DNA from: Spirochaetia bacterium
GTDB lineage: Bacteria; Spirochaetota; Spirochaetia; SZUA-6; Bin103
Assembly (NCBI GenBank): GCA_965203905.1
Contig: CBDBDQ010000005.1
Span: forward strand, 7,520,001 to 7,584,000
DNA length: 64,000 bases
Reading direction: 5' to 3'
Shown: piece by piece, positions 1 to 11,233 of the stretch
How the letters are laid out: each line of letters begins with the position of its first letter
How positions within the stretch are numbered: position 1 is the first letter of the stretch
Made by a program: the position numbers and the translations under genes
Notes under the pieces: model-generated
Told to the model about the DNA's origin: nothing
Databases searched by the model: none
The model's input: the letters and a program-made list of their open reading frames with translations, nothing else

Positions 1-349
1 AGCACGACTCCGCTTCTTCCCGGTGGGCGCTCCGGATCGGCTCCAGCATGCCGCGGCGCGCCGCTTCCCGCGTGAGCCAGGTTGCCGCCTGCCGCGCCCC
101 GGCGAAGGTATCCTTACGCGCGCGGACCCGCGCCACCAGTCCGCTCTCGACCGCTTCTTGAGCGGCCCGGGTGACACCGGCAATGGTGAGGACCCTGCCG
201 TTCAACCTGATACCGGCAGCGCGCAGGACCCGCGCCAATTCGGTTGTCTCACGGACGATGGGGTAGATCGATCCGCACAGCAGCGCGACGAGGCGCGCCG
301 GGGGCGCCAGCGCCCGGAACCGGGCCGCCACGTCGCCGGGAGCAGTCAC
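1..349 (-). CDS. 5' part of a hypothetical protein running off the window edge (possibly the N-terminus of a large SNF2-type helicase)
   Basis: GTG at 349 overlaps the yyaL stop (GTGA). Open frame [42 protein letters not shown]... continues to position 1. The product call is a weak inference. Confidence 0.45.
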   Translation of the reverse strand, partial: MTAPGDVAARFRALAPPARLVALLCGSIYPIVRETTELARVLRAAGIRLNGRVLTIAGVTRAAQEAVESGLVARVRARKDTFAGARQAATWLTREAARRGMLEPIRSAHREEAESC

Positions 350-2502
350 CGTGCCGCAAGGAGCTGCCGGGCGAGCGCGGCCGGTGTGGTCACCGGCAGG
401 TCGCAGGTGAAGTTGCGGCACACGTAGGCACGCGCGCCGGGACCGGCGTCGCCCATCGCGGCGACGGCGGGGTGGCGCTGCCGCCACCAGGGAACGGCGG
501 CGCTGTCCAGGTGCACGACGAGCGCCTCGGGAAGGTAGTGGCGGGCCAACTCGTGGCGCAACGGAGCGGTCTCCTCCCACTCGCCGGCCAGCACCACCTC
601 GACCGGGGCGCCGGCGGCCAGGTCGGCCGCCACCGCCAGCAGCGGCATCGCGGTCGGCTGTGCGGCGGCCGCGCCGGCGACGGCTTCCAGCGCCCGTCGG
701 GCGGCATCCTGCCACTCCGCACGCCCGGTAAGCCTGCCGAGGCGCAGCAGGCCGAGCACCCCGGCGGCGGTTCCCGAGGGCTCCGCCGAGTCGTACAGCT
801 CGCTGGTGCGCACGATCAGGTCGGACTGCCCGCCGGGAGTGTCGTAGAGCGCCCCGTTGGGAGCGGCGAACAGCTCCAGGATGGCGTCGGCGAGCTGCCC
901 TGCCAGCTCCAGCACCCACACCTTGCCGTTGCTCTGGTACAGCTCCAACAGCCCCTCGACCAGGTAGGCGTAGTCGGCCAGACCGGCGGCGTGGCGGGCT
1001 TCGCCACCGCGGTACCGGCGCAGCAGCCGTCCCTCCTGCACCAGCTCGCGGCGTACGAAGGCCGCTGCGGCAGCGGCTCCCGCAACGAAGTCATCGCGCT
1101 GCAAGACCCGTCCGGCCGCTGCCAGAGCGCCGATCGCCAGCCCGTTCCACGCCGCGATGACCTTGTCGTCCAGCAACGGGCGGGCGCGGCGGTCGCGGGC
1201 CGGCGTCAGCGCCGCCCGCCAGGGTTCCGGCAGCGGCCCGTCACCGCGCGCGCGGTACAGCACGTTGCCGTCGCCGAACTCGCCGTGCGGATCGGAGAGC
1301 GTGTTGCCCTTGGCGGTGAGGCCGTAGTCGGCGATCAGTTCCTCCGCGTCGCCCGCGCCGGCGTCGTGGAACGCCGCCCGCACCTGGTCGATGCTCCACA
1401 GGTAGAACGCGCCCTCGACCTTGTCCTCCGGACGCTCCGGGTCGCGGGCGGAGTCGGCATCCTCGGCTGAATAGAAGCCGCCCTCCGGGGCCTGCAGATC
1501 GTGCAGCAGGTAGTCGAGGGTGGCGGCGGCAACGGTTGCGTGGCCCTGGTCTCCGGTGATCTGGTAGGCGGCGGTGTAGGCGGAGGCGAGCTGCGCCTGG
1601 TCGTAGAGCATCTTCTCGAAGTGGGGGACCCGCCAGTAACGGTCCACGCTGTAGCGGTGGAACCCGCCGCCCAGGTGATCGTACATGCCGCCGCGCGCCA
1701 TCTGGCGCAGCGTCTGCAGCGCCATCTCCAGGCTCTGCTCGCTGCCGGCGCGCCGGTAGTGCTGGAACAGCGCGGCGAACACCGCCGGCCGCGGAAACTT
1801 CGGCGCGGCGCCGAACCCGCCGTGCTCGGCGTCGAAGGAGGACGCCAGGCCGTCCGCGACCGCGGCCAGCAGGTCGGGACCCTCCGGGGCCGCCGCCGGA
1901 CCCGCCACCGCGCCACCGGCTACCCCCGTGGCCTGGCGCACCGCCGTGGTGATGCGCGCCGCGGTAGCTTCCACGTCGTCCCTCCGCTCCCGCCAGTGGC
2001 GTGCCAGGAACAACAGCAGCTCCTGGAATCCCGGCCGGCCGTAGGCCGAGCGCGGCGGGAAGTAGGTGCCGGCGTAGAACGGCAGCCGCTGCGGCGTGAG
2101 GAATACCGACATCGGCCAGCCGCCGGAGCCGGTGACCGCCTGCACCACGCTCATGTAGATGCGGTCCACGTCCGGCCGCTCCTCGCGGTCGATCTTCACG
2201 TTGATGAAGTGCTCGTTCATGACCGCCGCGATCGCGTCGTCCTCGAACGACTCGTGCTCCATGACGTGACACCAGTGGCACGTGGAGTAGCCGACCGAGA
2301 CGAACAGCGGCTTGTCGGCGGCGGCGGCGGCGGCGAACGCCTCCTCCCCCCAGGGGTACCAGTCGACCGGGTTGAAGGCGTGCTGCAGAAGGTAGGGACT
2401 GCCCTCCTGGAGCAGGCGGTTGGAACGCAGGCCCGCGGCACGCCGGCGGGCGATGAAGGCCTCGGCGCGGTTGGCGGGGACAGCAGCGGAGGGATCGGGC
2501 AT
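346..2502 (-). CDS. yyaL: Thioredoxin-domain protein of the YyaL/SSP411 family (DUF255 + six-hairpin glycosidase-like domain)
   Basis: [65 protein letters not shown]-terminal [12 protein letters not shown]. Confidence 0.93.
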   Translation of the reverse strand: MPDPSAAVPANRAEAFIARRRAAGLRSNRLLQEGSPYLLQHAFNPVDWYPWGEEAFAAAAAADKPLFVSVGYSTCHWCHVMEHESFEDDAIAAVMNEHFINVKIDREERPDVDRIYMSVVQAVTGSGGWPMSVFLTPQRLPFYAGTYFPPRSAYGRPGFQELLLFLARHWRERRDDVEATAARITTAVRQATGVAGGAVAGPAAAPEGPDLLAAVADGLASSFDAEHGGFGAAPKFPRPAVFAALFQHYRRAGSEQSLEMALQTLRQMARGGMYDHLGGGFHRYSVDRYWRVPHFEKMLYDQAQLASAYTAAYQITGDQGHATVAAATLDYLLHDLQAPEGGFYSAEDADSARDPERPEDKVEGAFYLWSIDQVRAAFHDAGAGDAEELIADYGLTAKGNTLSDPHGEFGDGNVLYRARGDGPLPEPWRAALTPARDRRARPLLDDKVIAAWNGLAIGALAAAGRVLQRDDFVAGAAAAAAFVRRELVQEGRLLRRYRGGEARHAAGLADYAYLVEGLLELYQSNGKVWVLELAGQLADAILELFAAPNGALYDTPGGQSDLIVRTSELYDSAEPSGTAAGVLGLLRLGRLTGRAEWQDAARRALEAVAGAAAAQPTAMPLLAVAADLAAGAPVEVVLAGEWEETAPLRHELARHYLPEALVVHLDSAAVPWWRQRHPAVAAMGDAGPGARAYVCRNFTCDLPVTTPAALARQLLAAR

Positions 2503-2647
2503 GGGCCACGATACCAGGATGGACGGCCCGCGCCCAACACCGGCGCGCGCGGCTACCAGCGGCTACCCCGATGAACGCCGCACCACGCCGGCGGCGGGCA
2601 CGGCATCCCATCCTGACAGCGGGTGCGGCGGCGGGGTAGATTGCGCC

Positions 2648-4441
2648 ATGCACGAGATGAAGCGCACGGCGACGTGCGGCCAGCTCACCGCGGCCGCGGC
2701 GGGTGAGCAGGTGACCCTCAACGGCTGGGTGGCGCGGATCCGCGACCACGGCGGCATCACCTTTGTCGACCTGCGCGACCGCTACGGCGTGACCCAGGTG
2801 GTGTTCGACGTGAGTGCACCGGACGCCGCACCGCTCGCCGCCGCCGTGCGCGACCTGAAGCTGGAATACTGCATCGCCGCGCACGGCACCGTGCGCCGCC
2901 GGCCACCGGAGATGGTGAACCGGGAGCTGGCCACCGGCGAGATCGAGGTCAGCGGCGAGCGGCTCCAGGTGCTGAGCACCTGCGCCACGCTGCCGTTCAT
3001 GGTGAACGACCAGGACGGAGCGCACAGCGACGCCCGGGAGGACCTGCGCCTCAAGCACCGCTACCTGGACCTGCGCTCGGCCGCCATGCAGCGCAACCTG
3101 GCGCTGCGCCACCGTGCCGCGCAGGCACTGCGCAGCGCGCTCAACGAGCGCGACTTCCTGGAGATCGAGACCCCCACCCTGATGCGCTCCACCCCCGAGG
3201 GGGCGCGCGACTTCGTGGTGCCGTCGCGGCTCAAGCCGGGCAGCTTCTACGCCCTGCCGCAGTCGCCCCAGATTCTCAAGCAGCTCCTGATGCTGTCGGG
3301 ATACGACCGCTACTACCAGTTGGCGCGCTGCTACCGCGACGAGGATGCGCGTGGCGACCGCCAGCCGGAGTTCACCCAGCTCGACTTCGAGATGAGCTTC
3401 GTCGGCCAGGACGACGTGCTGGCGGTGCTGGAAGCAGCGTTCGCGGCTACGTTCCGTGAGGGGATCGGCTACGAGCTGCCGGTGCCGTTCACCCGTATCA
3501 CCTTCCACGATGCGATGAACCACTACGGGTCGGACCGGCCCGACCTGCGCTACGGGCTGGAGCTGCAGGACTTCACCGAGTTTGCGCGCGCCGGTGACTT
3601 CGGAATCTTCAGCCGCGCCGTCGAGCGTGGCGACACGGTGAAGGCGTTGCGGGCACCGGGGCTGGCCGGCTACTCGCGGCGCCGCATCGAGGAGCTGGAG
3701 GAGCACGCCAAGACCTACGGCGCCGCCGGGCTGGCCTGGATGAAGTGCGGCGCGGATGGCCTGGAGGGCGGCGTGGCCCGTTTCTACCAGGGGCAGCAGG
3801 AGGAGATTCGCCGCACCTTGGCGGTGGAGGCCGGCGACCTGTTGCTGCTGGTGGCGGCGCCCTGGCGCACCGCCTGCACGGCGCTGGGCGCGGTGCGGAG
3901 CGAGCTGGCCGGGCGCGAGGGGCTGGCCGCGGAGGGCACCTTCGAGCCCTGCTTCGTGACCGACTTTCCGCTGTTCGCGTGGAACGAGGAGGAGCAGCGC
4001 TGGGACGCCGAGCACCACATGTTCTCGCTGCCGCAGGCGCAGTATCTCGACTGTCTGGAACAGGATCCGGGTGCGGTGCGCGGCGAGCTCTATGACGCGG
4101 TGATCAACGGCCTGGAGGTGGCCAGCGGCTCGATCCGGATCCACGACCCGGCGCTGCAACGGCGGGTGTTCGCGATCCTGGGGGTGTCGGAGGCGGAGGC
4201 CGCGCAGCGCTTCGGGTTCATGCTCGACGCGTTCCGCTACGGCGCTCCGCCCCACGGCGGCGCCGCCATCGGCTTCGACCGCACCGTGATGCTGATGGCC
4301 GGCGAAGCCACCATCCGCGACGTGATCGCCTTCCCCAAGAACACCTGGGCGGCGTCACCGATGGACGACTCGCCCGCCCCGCTGGACGGCCAGCAGCTCC
4401 GCGAGCTGCGGCTGGCAATCCGCGAACCCGCGGCGCCGTGA
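2648..4441 (+). CDS. aspS: Aspartate--tRNA ligase
   Basis: KRTATCG, RDHGGITFVDLRDRYG, TPEGARDF, YALPQSPQILKQLLM, CYRDED-R-DRQPEFTQLD, GAPPHGG, IRDVIAFPK. Start moved to ATG 2648. Confidence 0.97.
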   Translation: MHEMKRTATCGQLTAAAAGEQVTLNGWVARIRDHGGITFVDLRDRYGVTQVVFDVSAPDAAPLAAAVRDLKLEYCIAAHGTVRRRPPEMVNRELATGEIEVSGERLQVLSTCATLPFMVNDQDGAHSDAREDLRLKHRYLDLRSAAMQRNLALRHRAAQALRSALNERDFLEIETPTLMRSTPEGARDFVVPSRLKPGSFYALPQSPQILKQLLMLSGYDRYYQLARCYRDEDARGDRQPEFTQLDFEMSFVGQDDVLAVLEAAFAATFREGIGYELPVPFTRITFHDAMNHYGSDRPDLRYGLELQDFTEFARAGDFGIFSRAVERGDTVKALRAPGLAGYSRRRIEELEEHAKTYGAAGLAWMKCGADGLEGGVARFYQGQQEEIRRTLAVEAGDLLLLVAAPWRTACTALGAVRSELAGREGLAAEGTFEPCFVTDFPLFAWNEEEQRWDAEHHMFSLPQAQYLDCLEQDPGAVRGELYDAVINGLEVASGSIRIHDPALQRRVFAILGVSEAEAAQRFGFMLDAFRYGAPPHGGAAIGFDRTVMLMAGEATIRDVIAFPKNTWAASPMDDSPAPLDGQQLRELRLAIREPAAP

Positions 4442-4467
4442 GTCGCGGCTGACGCCCTGCAGTCTGC

Positions 4468-6330
4468 ATGTCCCGCATCTACGACGGGCCGAGTCCGGAT
4501 ACGACCCTGCCGGAAGTCCTCGCGCTCCAGACCGCAGACCATCTTCGCCGGCTGCTCGATCTGCTGCCGCGGGAACGGCCTCGCCCGACCCGCAAGGCGG
4601 AACTGGCGGCAGCCGTCGAGCGCCGGCTCGCGGGCGATCGGCTGAATGAACAGTGGCGCAGGCTCAATCCGATCCAGCGCCTCGCCGTGAGCGAGGTGCT
4701 GCACAGCAGCGACGGCGCCTTCCATCCCACCCGTTTCCGGGCCAAGTACGGCTCCCTGCCCGGCGGCGTCGCGACCGAGCCGGGTCGTGAGTCCGGCACG
4801 TCGCTCCTGAGCCTGTTCCTCTACGCCGGCAGCTCGTACAGCGGAGGCACGGCGATCATCCCCGCCGACCTGAAAGAGCGGCTGTGCGCCTTCGTACCGC
4901 AGCCGCCGCCATTGACCATGGAGGCGCAGGATGAGCTGCCGGAGGCGTTCGCGCAGCCGCGGCGGGGCTACTACGGCGAGCAGGCGCGTCCCGTCGACCA
5001 AGTGCCGCTGTCGCGGCGGGACATGGAGCATGCCGCGCAACAGGATCTGCTGGCGGTGCTGCGGCTGGTCGACCGCGGCAGCGTCGCGGTCAGCGCCAAG
5101 ACGCGGCAGGCGACGGCGGCCGCCGTGCGCCGGATCGCGGCCGTGCTGCACGGCGGCGACTTCTACGACCCGGCGCCGCAGAAACAGCATTCCTGGGAGC
5201 AGACCGTCGGTCCGATCAGGGCGTTCGCCTGGCCGTTGCTGCTGCAGACTGCCCGGCTGGCCGAGTTGCACGGCAGCAAGCTGGCCTTGACCAAGGTGGG
5301 ACGCGCAGCCCTGGGAAAGCCGCCGGCGGAGACCCTGGAGCTGCTTTGGGACCGCTGGCTGGGGAGCACCTCCTTCGACGAGTTCCGCCGCATCGAGGCG
5401 ATCAAGGGGCAGCGCGGGCGCGGCGCACGGGCGCTGACGGCGGCCAGGTACCGCCGCGATTCGATCGTCGAGGCGCTCGAAGAGTGCCCGGTCGACCGCT
5501 GGGTGAGCTGCGACGAGCTGGCGCGCTTCATGCAGGCGGCGGACCTCGAATTCAGCATCACCCGCAACCCATGGACCCTCTATGTCGGCGAGGCCCGCTA
5601 CGGCAGCCTCGGGTACGCCGGCTATCACGACTGGAGCTTCCTGCAGGGTCGCTACCTGCTCTGTTTCCTGTTCGAGTATGCCGCCACGCTGGGCGTGGTC
5701 GACGTGGCGTACACCGACCCGCGGAATGCCCGGCTGGACTTCACTCGACTGGACGCCAACGATGAACTGGACTTCCTGAGCCGCTACGACGGCCTGCGGT
5801 ACTTCCGCCTTACGCCGCTGGGAGCCTGGTGCCTGGGCCGGGCCGAGAGCTACCAACCGCGCTCCCCGGCGGCGCGCGCATCCATCACGGTGTTTCCCGA
5901 TCTGCGGCTGCAGGTGCAGGGAGCGGACCTGACGCAGGATGAGGCGCTGCTGCTGGAGACCTACGCCCGGCAGGAAGCGGAGGATGTCTGGCGCCTGGAC
6001 CGCGACAAGACGCTGACGGTCCTGGAGAGTGGCGCTCGGGTGGACGAGTTGCGCGAGTTTCTGACCACCCGCGACGAACAGCCGCTGCCGGAAACCGTCG
6101 AGGGCTTCCTCGAGACTACCGCTCGCCGCTCCCAGGCGCTGCTGGCGCAAGGCACGGCGCTGCTGATCGAGTGCTCCGACGCGGCGCTGGCCGAGCAGCT
6201 CGCCACCCACGAGCGCACCGCCAAGCTGTGCCGGCGCACCGGCGAGCGGGGTCTCGTGGTCCGCACCGTGGCCGAGGGCAGCTTCCGCAAGGCGGTCCAC
6301 GAACTGGGCTACGGCATGCCCCGAAGATGA
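4468..6330 (+). CDS. Helicase-associated (XPB/Ssl2 N-terminal-like, Helicase_C_3) domain protein
   Basis: 620-aa ORF with YFRLTPLG and the C-terminal 'VWRLDRDKTL...LREFL...PLPETVEGFL' pattern. No Walker motifs. Confidence 0.65.
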   Translation: MSRIYDGPSPDTTLPEVLALQTADHLRRLLDLLPRERPRPTRKAELAAAVERRLAGDRLNEQWRRLNPIQRLAVSEVLHSSDGAFHPTRFRAKYGSLPGGVATEPGRESGTSLLSLFLYAGSSYSGGTAIIPADLKERLCAFVPQPPPLTMEAQDELPEAFAQPRRGYYGEQARPVDQVPLSRRDMEHAAQQDLLAVLRLVDRGSVAVSAKTRQATAAAVRRIAAVLHGGDFYDPAPQKQHSWEQTVGPIRAFAWPLLLQTARLAELHGSKLALTKVGRAALGKPPAETLELLWDRWLGSTSFDEFRRIEAIKGQRGRGARALTAARYRRDSIVEALEECPVDRWVSCDELARFMQAADLEFSITRNPWTLYVGEARYGSLGYAGYHDWSFLQGRYLLCFLFEYAATLGVVDVAYTDPRNARLDFTRLDANDELDFLSRYDGLRYFRLTPLGAWCLGRAESYQPRSPAARASITVFPDLRLQVQGADLTQDEALLLETYARQEAEDVWRLDRDKTLTVLESGARVDELREFLTTRDEQPLPETVEGFLETTARRSQALLAQGTALLIECSDAALAEQLATHERTAKLCRRTGERGLVVRTVAEGSFRKAVHELGYGMPRR

Positions 6331-6851
6331 CAGTGACCAGATCGGCTACGCGTGATCGGTTCTGGTTCACGGTAATCGGCATCTTCAGCGTGGCGGCGGT
6401 TGCCGCGGTGATCTACGTGTTGATCGGACCGCGGCACCGATCAGGTCTCGACGTGTCGGCGCTGCCGGCGGTGAACACGGTGTGGAACGCGACCGCGGCG
6501 GTGCTCCTGGTGGCGGCCTTCGTCGCCATACGCCGCGGCGCGGTGGCCGTTCATCGTACCCTGGTTCTGTGCGCGTTCGGGGCCTCGACGCTGTTTCTCG
6601 CCGGCTACCTCGTGTATCATGCACTCGGCGACGGCTCGAAGAGCTACACCGGACCCGTGCCATGGGTGTACTACCCTGTTCTGGTGAGCCATGTCGTCCT
6701 GGCCGCGACCATCGTGCCGCTGGCAATGATCACCTTGCGCCGCGGCTGGACCCGTCATCCCGGTCATCGCAAGATCGCCCGCGTAACGCTCCCGATCTGG
6801 CTCTACGTATCCGTTACCGGCGTGGCCATCTTCGGCTTCCTGCACTGGTAA
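6327..6851 (+). CDS. DUF420 family membrane protein
   Basis: ATGA overlap with the upstream stop. LPAVNTVWN, STLFLAGYLVYH, LVSHVVLA, HRKIARVTLPIWLYVSVTGV. Confidence 0.88.
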   Translation: MTVTRSATRDRFWFTVIGIFSVAAVAAVIYVLIGPRHRSGLDVSALPAVNTVWNATAAVLLVAAFVAIRRGAVAVHRTLVLCAFGASTLFLAGYLVYHALGDGSKSYTGPVPWVYYPVLVSHVVLAATIVPLAMITLRRGWTRHPGHRKIARVTLPIWLYVSVTGVAIFGFLHW

Positions 6852-6854
6852 GGG

Positions 6855-7943
6855 TCAGCGGACGTTGCGGCGGCGGTTTCTGGCGTAGTCGGCGAAGATG
6901 TAGTTGCCCAGGTTGTCGAGCGACGAGTAATAGGCGCGGCCGCTGTTGATGCGCGACAGCTCCTCCACGAACTGCACCAGGTAGGGATCCTCGGTGACCA
7001 TGAAGGTGGTGATCACGATCCCCTGCCGCTTGCAGGCGGCCGCCTCCTCCAGCGTCTGATTGACGATCTTCGGATCCAGCCCGAAGGAGTTCTTGTACAG
7101 CCGGCCGTTCTCGAATATGGCGGACGGCTTGCCATCGGTGATCATGAACACCTGCTTGTTGGGGTGCTTCTGGTTGCGCAGCACGTTCTGCGCCAGTTGC
7201 AGCCCCGCCTTGGTGTTGGTATGGAACGGCCCCACCTTGAGATAGGGGATGTCGCGCACCTCGATCATGCGCGCATCGTCGCCAAAGTAGGCGACGTGCA
7301 GGCTGTCCTTCGGAAACTGGGTGGTGATCAGCTCGTACAGCGCCAGCGCGACCTGCTTCGCGGGCGTGATGCGATCCTCCCCATACAGGATCATGCTGTG
7401 GCTCAGGTCGATCAGCAGCACCGTGGCGCAGGAGGAGGTGTGCTCGGTCTCGAACACCTCGAAGTCCTGCTCGCCGAACTGGATCTCGTCCACACCGCTG
7501 CGTTTGACCGCGTTGTTGATGGTGGCGAAGGCGTCGATCTGAGTGATCGGGTCGCCGAACCGGTACGGCCGCGTCTCCGGCAGGCGCTCGCCACCGTCGC
7601 CGGTGTGCGGCGTGCGGTGCTGGCCAAAGCCGCCGCGCTTGAGGTTGTTGAAGATCAGCTTGAGCGATTCCTTGCGAATCTGCTGCTCGCCGCGTGCCGT
7701 GAGCGAGTAGCTCTCGCCGTCACGCTGAATGATCGCCTGGTGCTCCAGCTGCTCGCGAAACTGCTCCAGGTCGAACCGCTCGTCGATGAAACCGCGCCGC
7801 TGCAGGTACTTCATCCACTCCAGCACCTTGTCCACGTCGCCGCTGGCCTGCAGCAGCAGGAAGTTGAACAGGTTCATCAGGTTGGAGAAGTTCTGCAGGG
7901 CGGCAGCCAGCGATTCGTCCCACTTCAGGTACTGGAAGTTCAC
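6855..7943 (-). CDS. VWA domain-containing protein
   Basis: MIDAS motif LIDLSHSM, HTNTKAGL, MITDGKPS. Follows an AAA+ ATPase gene. Confidence 0.9.
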   Translation of the reverse strand: MNFQYLKWDESLAAALQNFSNLMNLFNFLLLQASGDVDKVLEWMKYLQRRGFIDERFDLEQFREQLEHQAIIQRDGESYSLTARGEQQIRKESLKLIFNNLKRGGFGQHRTPHTGDGGERLPETRPYRFGDPITQIDAFATINNAVKRSGVDEIQFGEQDFEVFETEHTSSCATVLLIDLSHSMILYGEDRITPAKQVALALYELITTQFPKDSLHVAYFGDDARMIEVRDIPYLKVGPFHTNTKAGLQLAQNVLRNQKHPNKQVFMITDGKPSAIFENGRLYKNSFGLDPKIVNQTLEEAAACKRQGIVITTFMVTEDPYLVQFVEELSRINSGRAYYSSLDNLGNYIFADYARNRRRNVR

Positions 7944-7969
7944 CTGCTACCTCCTCCGGCCCGTGGCCA

Positions 7970-9607
7970 TCAGTCGCGGTCCTCGTCACTCATCTGATCG
8001 AACATCGCCTTGAGCATGTCGCGATAGGAGGTGGCGCTTTCGAGGTCGCGCTTGGACAGCATGGAGTGCTGATGCAGCCCCTCCAGCACCAGCTCCATCC
8101 CCAGACCCACCTCCTCCTCCGCCTCGATCTCGAGACCGGCGGTGGCCAGCTCGCGCAGCCCGCGCACCTGTTCGAAGCGCTGGCGATACTCGGCGCAGGT
8201 CAGGTCGTCGGCCGTCTCCACCGTGTTGCCGTCCGAGAACCAGGCGACGATGGGAGTGTACGGGGATGAGCTGTCGGACTCTTCCTTGGTCTCCCGGCCC
8301 TCCTTCGCCTCCTTGCTGTCCCGCACCTTGACGTCGGGCTTGGGGAAGTACCGGCGAAAGGTGCGCCGCACCGCCTGGCCGATGATCTTGCGCGCCACCA
8401 GGGCCGGTCCCTCCTGCTCGCCCTCGTACACCAGTTCCAGCTTGCCGGTGATGGCCGGCAGCGCCTGGTGCAGGTCCGACAGCCGCGGGTAGGCGAGCCG
8501 GTCGCCGTGGCGGAAGCAGCGGCGCTCCACGTTGGAGATGACATTCTCCAGCAGGGCGATGGTCATGCGCGCCGAGACGCCCGACTTCTGATCCACGAAC
8601 TCGCTCTCGCGCGCCTCGAACGCCACGTCCTCGATCAACTCCCGGTAATAGCCCGGAATCTCGATCCGCGCGGCGCCCTCGCCCCCCTGCGCGGCACCGT
8701 CGCGCCCCTCCCACGCCTCCTGGCGGGTGATCGCCAGCGCGTGCTCCATGTCCTGCGGATAGTGGGTGATGATCTGGGAGTCGATGCGATCCTTGAGTGG
8801 TGAGATGATGTTGCCGCGGTTGGTGTAGTCCTCCGGATTGGCGGAAAACACCATGCAGATGTCCAGCGGGATGCGCAGGGGGAAGCCGCGGATCTGGAAG
8901 TCCTTCTCCTCCAGGATGTTGAGCAGTCCTACCTGGATCCGCGGCGGCAGGTCGGGCACCTCGTTGATGGCGAAGATGCCGCGGTTGGTGCGCGGCACGA
9001 TGCCGTAATGGATCACCCCCTGGTCGGCGTAGGAGAGACGCTGGGTGGCGGCCTTGATCGGATCGACGTCGCCGATCAGGTCGGCGATGGTCACGTCCGG
9101 GGTGGCCAGCTTTTCCTGGTAGCGCTCGTCGCGTCCGATCCAGCGCAGCGGGGTGCCGTCGCCGTGCTCGGCCAGCAGGCGGCGCCCCTGCTCGGTAATC
9201 GGGCGGAACGGATCCTCGTTGAGGTCGGTGCCGGCGATCGCGGGGATGCTCTCGTCCAGGAACCGCACCAGGCTGCGCAGGATGCGCGTCTTGGCCTGGC
9301 CCCGGAGCCCGAGAAGAATGAAGTCGTGGCGCGACAGGAGGGCGTTCACGAGCCCCGGCAGGACGGTCTTCTCGTAGCCGAGAATGCCGGGAAACAGGTC
9401 CGCGACATCAGTCCCGGCTTGCAGCATGCGCACCAGGTTGGCGCGCATCTCGTCCTTGACCGAGCGTCCCTCGGGGTAGCCGGCGGCCCGCAGCTCGGCG
9501 AGCGTTTGCGGCAGGGCGTCGCGGTCGCTGCGCCGGTTTCGGCGCGAGGTCCTGGCAGTGGCAGCCGCGGCGGCGGCAGATTTGGTCTTGACTGAGTCCG
9601 CAGGCAT
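7970..9607 (-). CDS. Magnesium-chelatase-like AAA+ ATPase
   Basis: Walker [42 protein letters not shown] 9607 chosen, start uncertain. Confidence 0.88.
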   Translation of the reverse strand: MPADSVKTKSAAAAAATARTSRRNRRSDRDALPQTLAELRAAGYPEGRSVKDEMRANLVRMLQAGTDVADLFPGILGYEKTVLPGLVNALLSRHDFILLGLRGQAKTRILRSLVRFLDESIPAIAGTDLNEDPFRPITEQGRRLLAEHGDGTPLRWIGRDERYQEKLATPDVTIADLIGDVDPIKAATQRLSYADQGVIHYGIVPRTNRGIFAINEVPDLPPRIQVGLLNILEEKDFQIRGFPLRIPLDICMVFSANPEDYTNRGNIISPLKDRIDSQIITHYPQDMEHALAITRQEAWEGRDGAAQGGEGAARIEIPGYYRELIEDVAFEARESEFVDQKSGVSARMTIALLENVISNVERRCFRHGDRLAYPRLSDLHQALPAITGKLELVYEGEQEGPALVARKIIGQAVRRTFRRYFPKPDVKVRDSKEAKEGRETKEESDSSSPYTPIVAWFSDGNTVETADDLTCAEYRQRFEQVRGLRELATAGLEIEAEEEVGLGMELVLEGLHQHSMLSKRDLESATSYRDMLKAMFDQMSDEDRD

Positions 9608-9716
9608 ATCTGGAGAGTGTCGAAGCGTACCGTACTCCGCAGGGCGCGACAACCGGCCGCACTCCCTTGCAATGGCACGGCAACTCGGTTACCAAAGTCG
9701 TGACTTCGGAATCCTC

Positions 9717-10679
9717 ATGGCCAAGGTCTTTCGCGACAACAGTCTGGCGATCGGCGGCACCCCGCTGGTGCGGTTGGGGCGTGTCACCGACGGCGCCCGC
9801 GCCCGCATTCTGGCCAAGGTCGAGGGCCGCAATCCGGCCTACTCGGTGAAATGCCGCATCGGCGCGGCAATGGTGTGGGACGCCGAGGAGCGCGGGGTGC
9901 TGGGCCCCGGGGTGGAACTGGTGGAGCCCACCAGCGGCAACACCGGCATCGCGCTGGCGTTCGTCGCCGCCGCGCGCGGCTACCCCCTGACCCTGACCAT
10001 GCCGGACAACATGAGCGAGGAGCGGCGCAAGATCCTGCGGGCGTTCGGTGCGCGGCTGATCCTGACCGACGCCTACCAAGGCATGGAAGGGGCGGTGCGC
10101 ACCGCCGAGCGCCTGGTGGCGCAGGATCCGGAGCGCTACCTGCTGCTGCAGCAGTTCAAGAACCCCGCCAACCCCGCGATCCACGAGCGCACCACCGGAC
10201 CGGAGATCTGGAGCGACACGGACGGCGAAGTGGACTGCTTGGTGGCGGGCGTCGGCACCGGCGGCACCATTACCGGCGTGTCGCGCTACCTCAAGCATTC
10301 GCGGGGCAAGCCCATCGTGTCGGTGGCGGTGGAGCCGGACGACAGTCAGGTGATCAGCCAGACCCTGGCCGAGCGTCCCCTGGAGCCGCGGGTGCACAAG
10401 ATTCAGGGCATCGGCGCCGGCTTCGTGCCGGAGATCCTCGACCTCGAGATGGTCGATCGGGTGGAAACGGTCAGCGACGACGAGGCGCTGGAGTTCGCGC
10501 GCCGGCTGGCGCTTGAGGAAGGCATCCTGGCGGGCATCTCCTGCGGGGCTGCGGTCGCGGTTGCCGTGCGCATCGGCCACGAGCCGGAGTTCGCCGGCCG
10601 CACCATCGTGGTGGTGCTGCCCGACTCCGGCGAGCGCTACCTGTCGAGCTCGTTGTACGCGGGTGTCCTCGCCGATTGA
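9717..10679 (+). CDS. cysK: Cysteine synthase A
   Basis: [25 protein letters not shown] (PLP lysine), [32 protein letters not shown]. Confidence 0.96.
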   Translation: MAKVFRDNSLAIGGTPLVRLGRVTDGARARILAKVEGRNPAYSVKCRIGAAMVWDAEERGVLGPGVELVEPTSGNTGIALAFVAAARGYPLTLTMPDNMSEERRKILRAFGARLILTDAYQGMEGAVRTAERLVAQDPERYLLLQQFKNPANPAIHERTTGPEIWSDTDGEVDCLVAGVGTGGTITGVSRYLKHSRGKPIVSVAVEPDDSQVISQTLAERPLEPRVHKIQGIGAGFVPEILDLEMVDRVETVSDDEALEFARRLALEEGILAGISCGAAVAVAVRIGHEPEFAGRTIVVVLPDSGERYLSSSLYAGVLAD

Positions 10680-10695
10680 GGGAGCGGGCGGCGCG

Positions 10696-11163
10696 ATCCT
10701 GCACGTCGTCCTTTACCAGCCGCAGATCCCCCAGAACACCGGCAACATCGCGCGCACCTGCGCCGCGGTGGGGGCCGACCTGCACCTGATCGAGCCGCTC
10801 GGCTTCTCGGTGACGGAGAGCGCGGTACGCCGCGCCGGCCTCGACTACTGGTCCGAGGTGACGGTGCACACCCACGCCGGCCTGGAGCCGGTGCTGGCCG
10901 CGGCATCCGCGCCCGCCCGCCAACTGGTGCTGCTCACCACCCACGGCCGGCGCCGCTACACCGACATCACCTACCGCCACGGCGCCTACCTGCTGTTCGG
11001 CAACGAGGGCGCCGGCCTCCCTCCCGAGTTGCGCGCCCGCTACGCTCCGGCCACCGCCCGCATCCCGATGCGGAACGGCCTGCGCTCCCTCAACCTGGCC
11101 AACGCGGCGGCGGTGGTGGTCTACGAAGCCCTGCGCCAACTCTCCCCACCAAACCTCGCCTGA
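10696..11163 (+). CDS. trmL: tRNA (cytidine(34)-2'-O)-methyltransferase, SPOUT family; start codon unclear
   Basis: LHVVLYQPQIPQNTGNIARTC, LHLIEPLGF, RRAGLDYW, LFGNEGAGLP, RIPM..RSLNLANA. Confidence 0.9.
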   Translation: MLHVVLYQPQIPQNTGNIARTCAAVGADLHLIEPLGFSVTESAVRRAGLDYWSEVTVHTHAGLEPVLAAASAPARQLVLLTTHGRRRYTDITYRHGAYLLFGNEGAGLPPELRARYAPATARIPMRNGLRSLNLANAAAVVVYEALRQLSPPNLA

Positions 11164-11172
11164 ACCACGGAA

Positions 11173-11211
11173 GTGCTACCAAACGCAAAGTAAATTTGCG
11201 TTTGGTAGCAC
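11173..11211. promoter_or_regulatory. Perfect 17-bp inverted repeat (operator or terminator) in the promoter region of the AAA_14 gene
   Basis: GTGCTACCAAACGCAAA-gtaaa-TTTGCGTTTGGTAGCAC in an AT-rich patch 22 nt upstream of ATG 11234. Confidence 0.7.
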
Positions 11212-11233
11212 TATATGCAATACTACTTGGCAT

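Noticed and set aside
1241-4255. 1004-aa minus-strand ORF and similar long shadow ORFs (13432-16008, 17935-20928, 4237-6300)
   Set aside because: Antisense or off-frame shadows of well-supported genes in high-GC DNA, with no motifs
6855-9607. AAA+/VWA pair as a novel system
   Set aside because: A widespread, previously noted chelatase-like ATPase + VWA pairing with nothing unusual here
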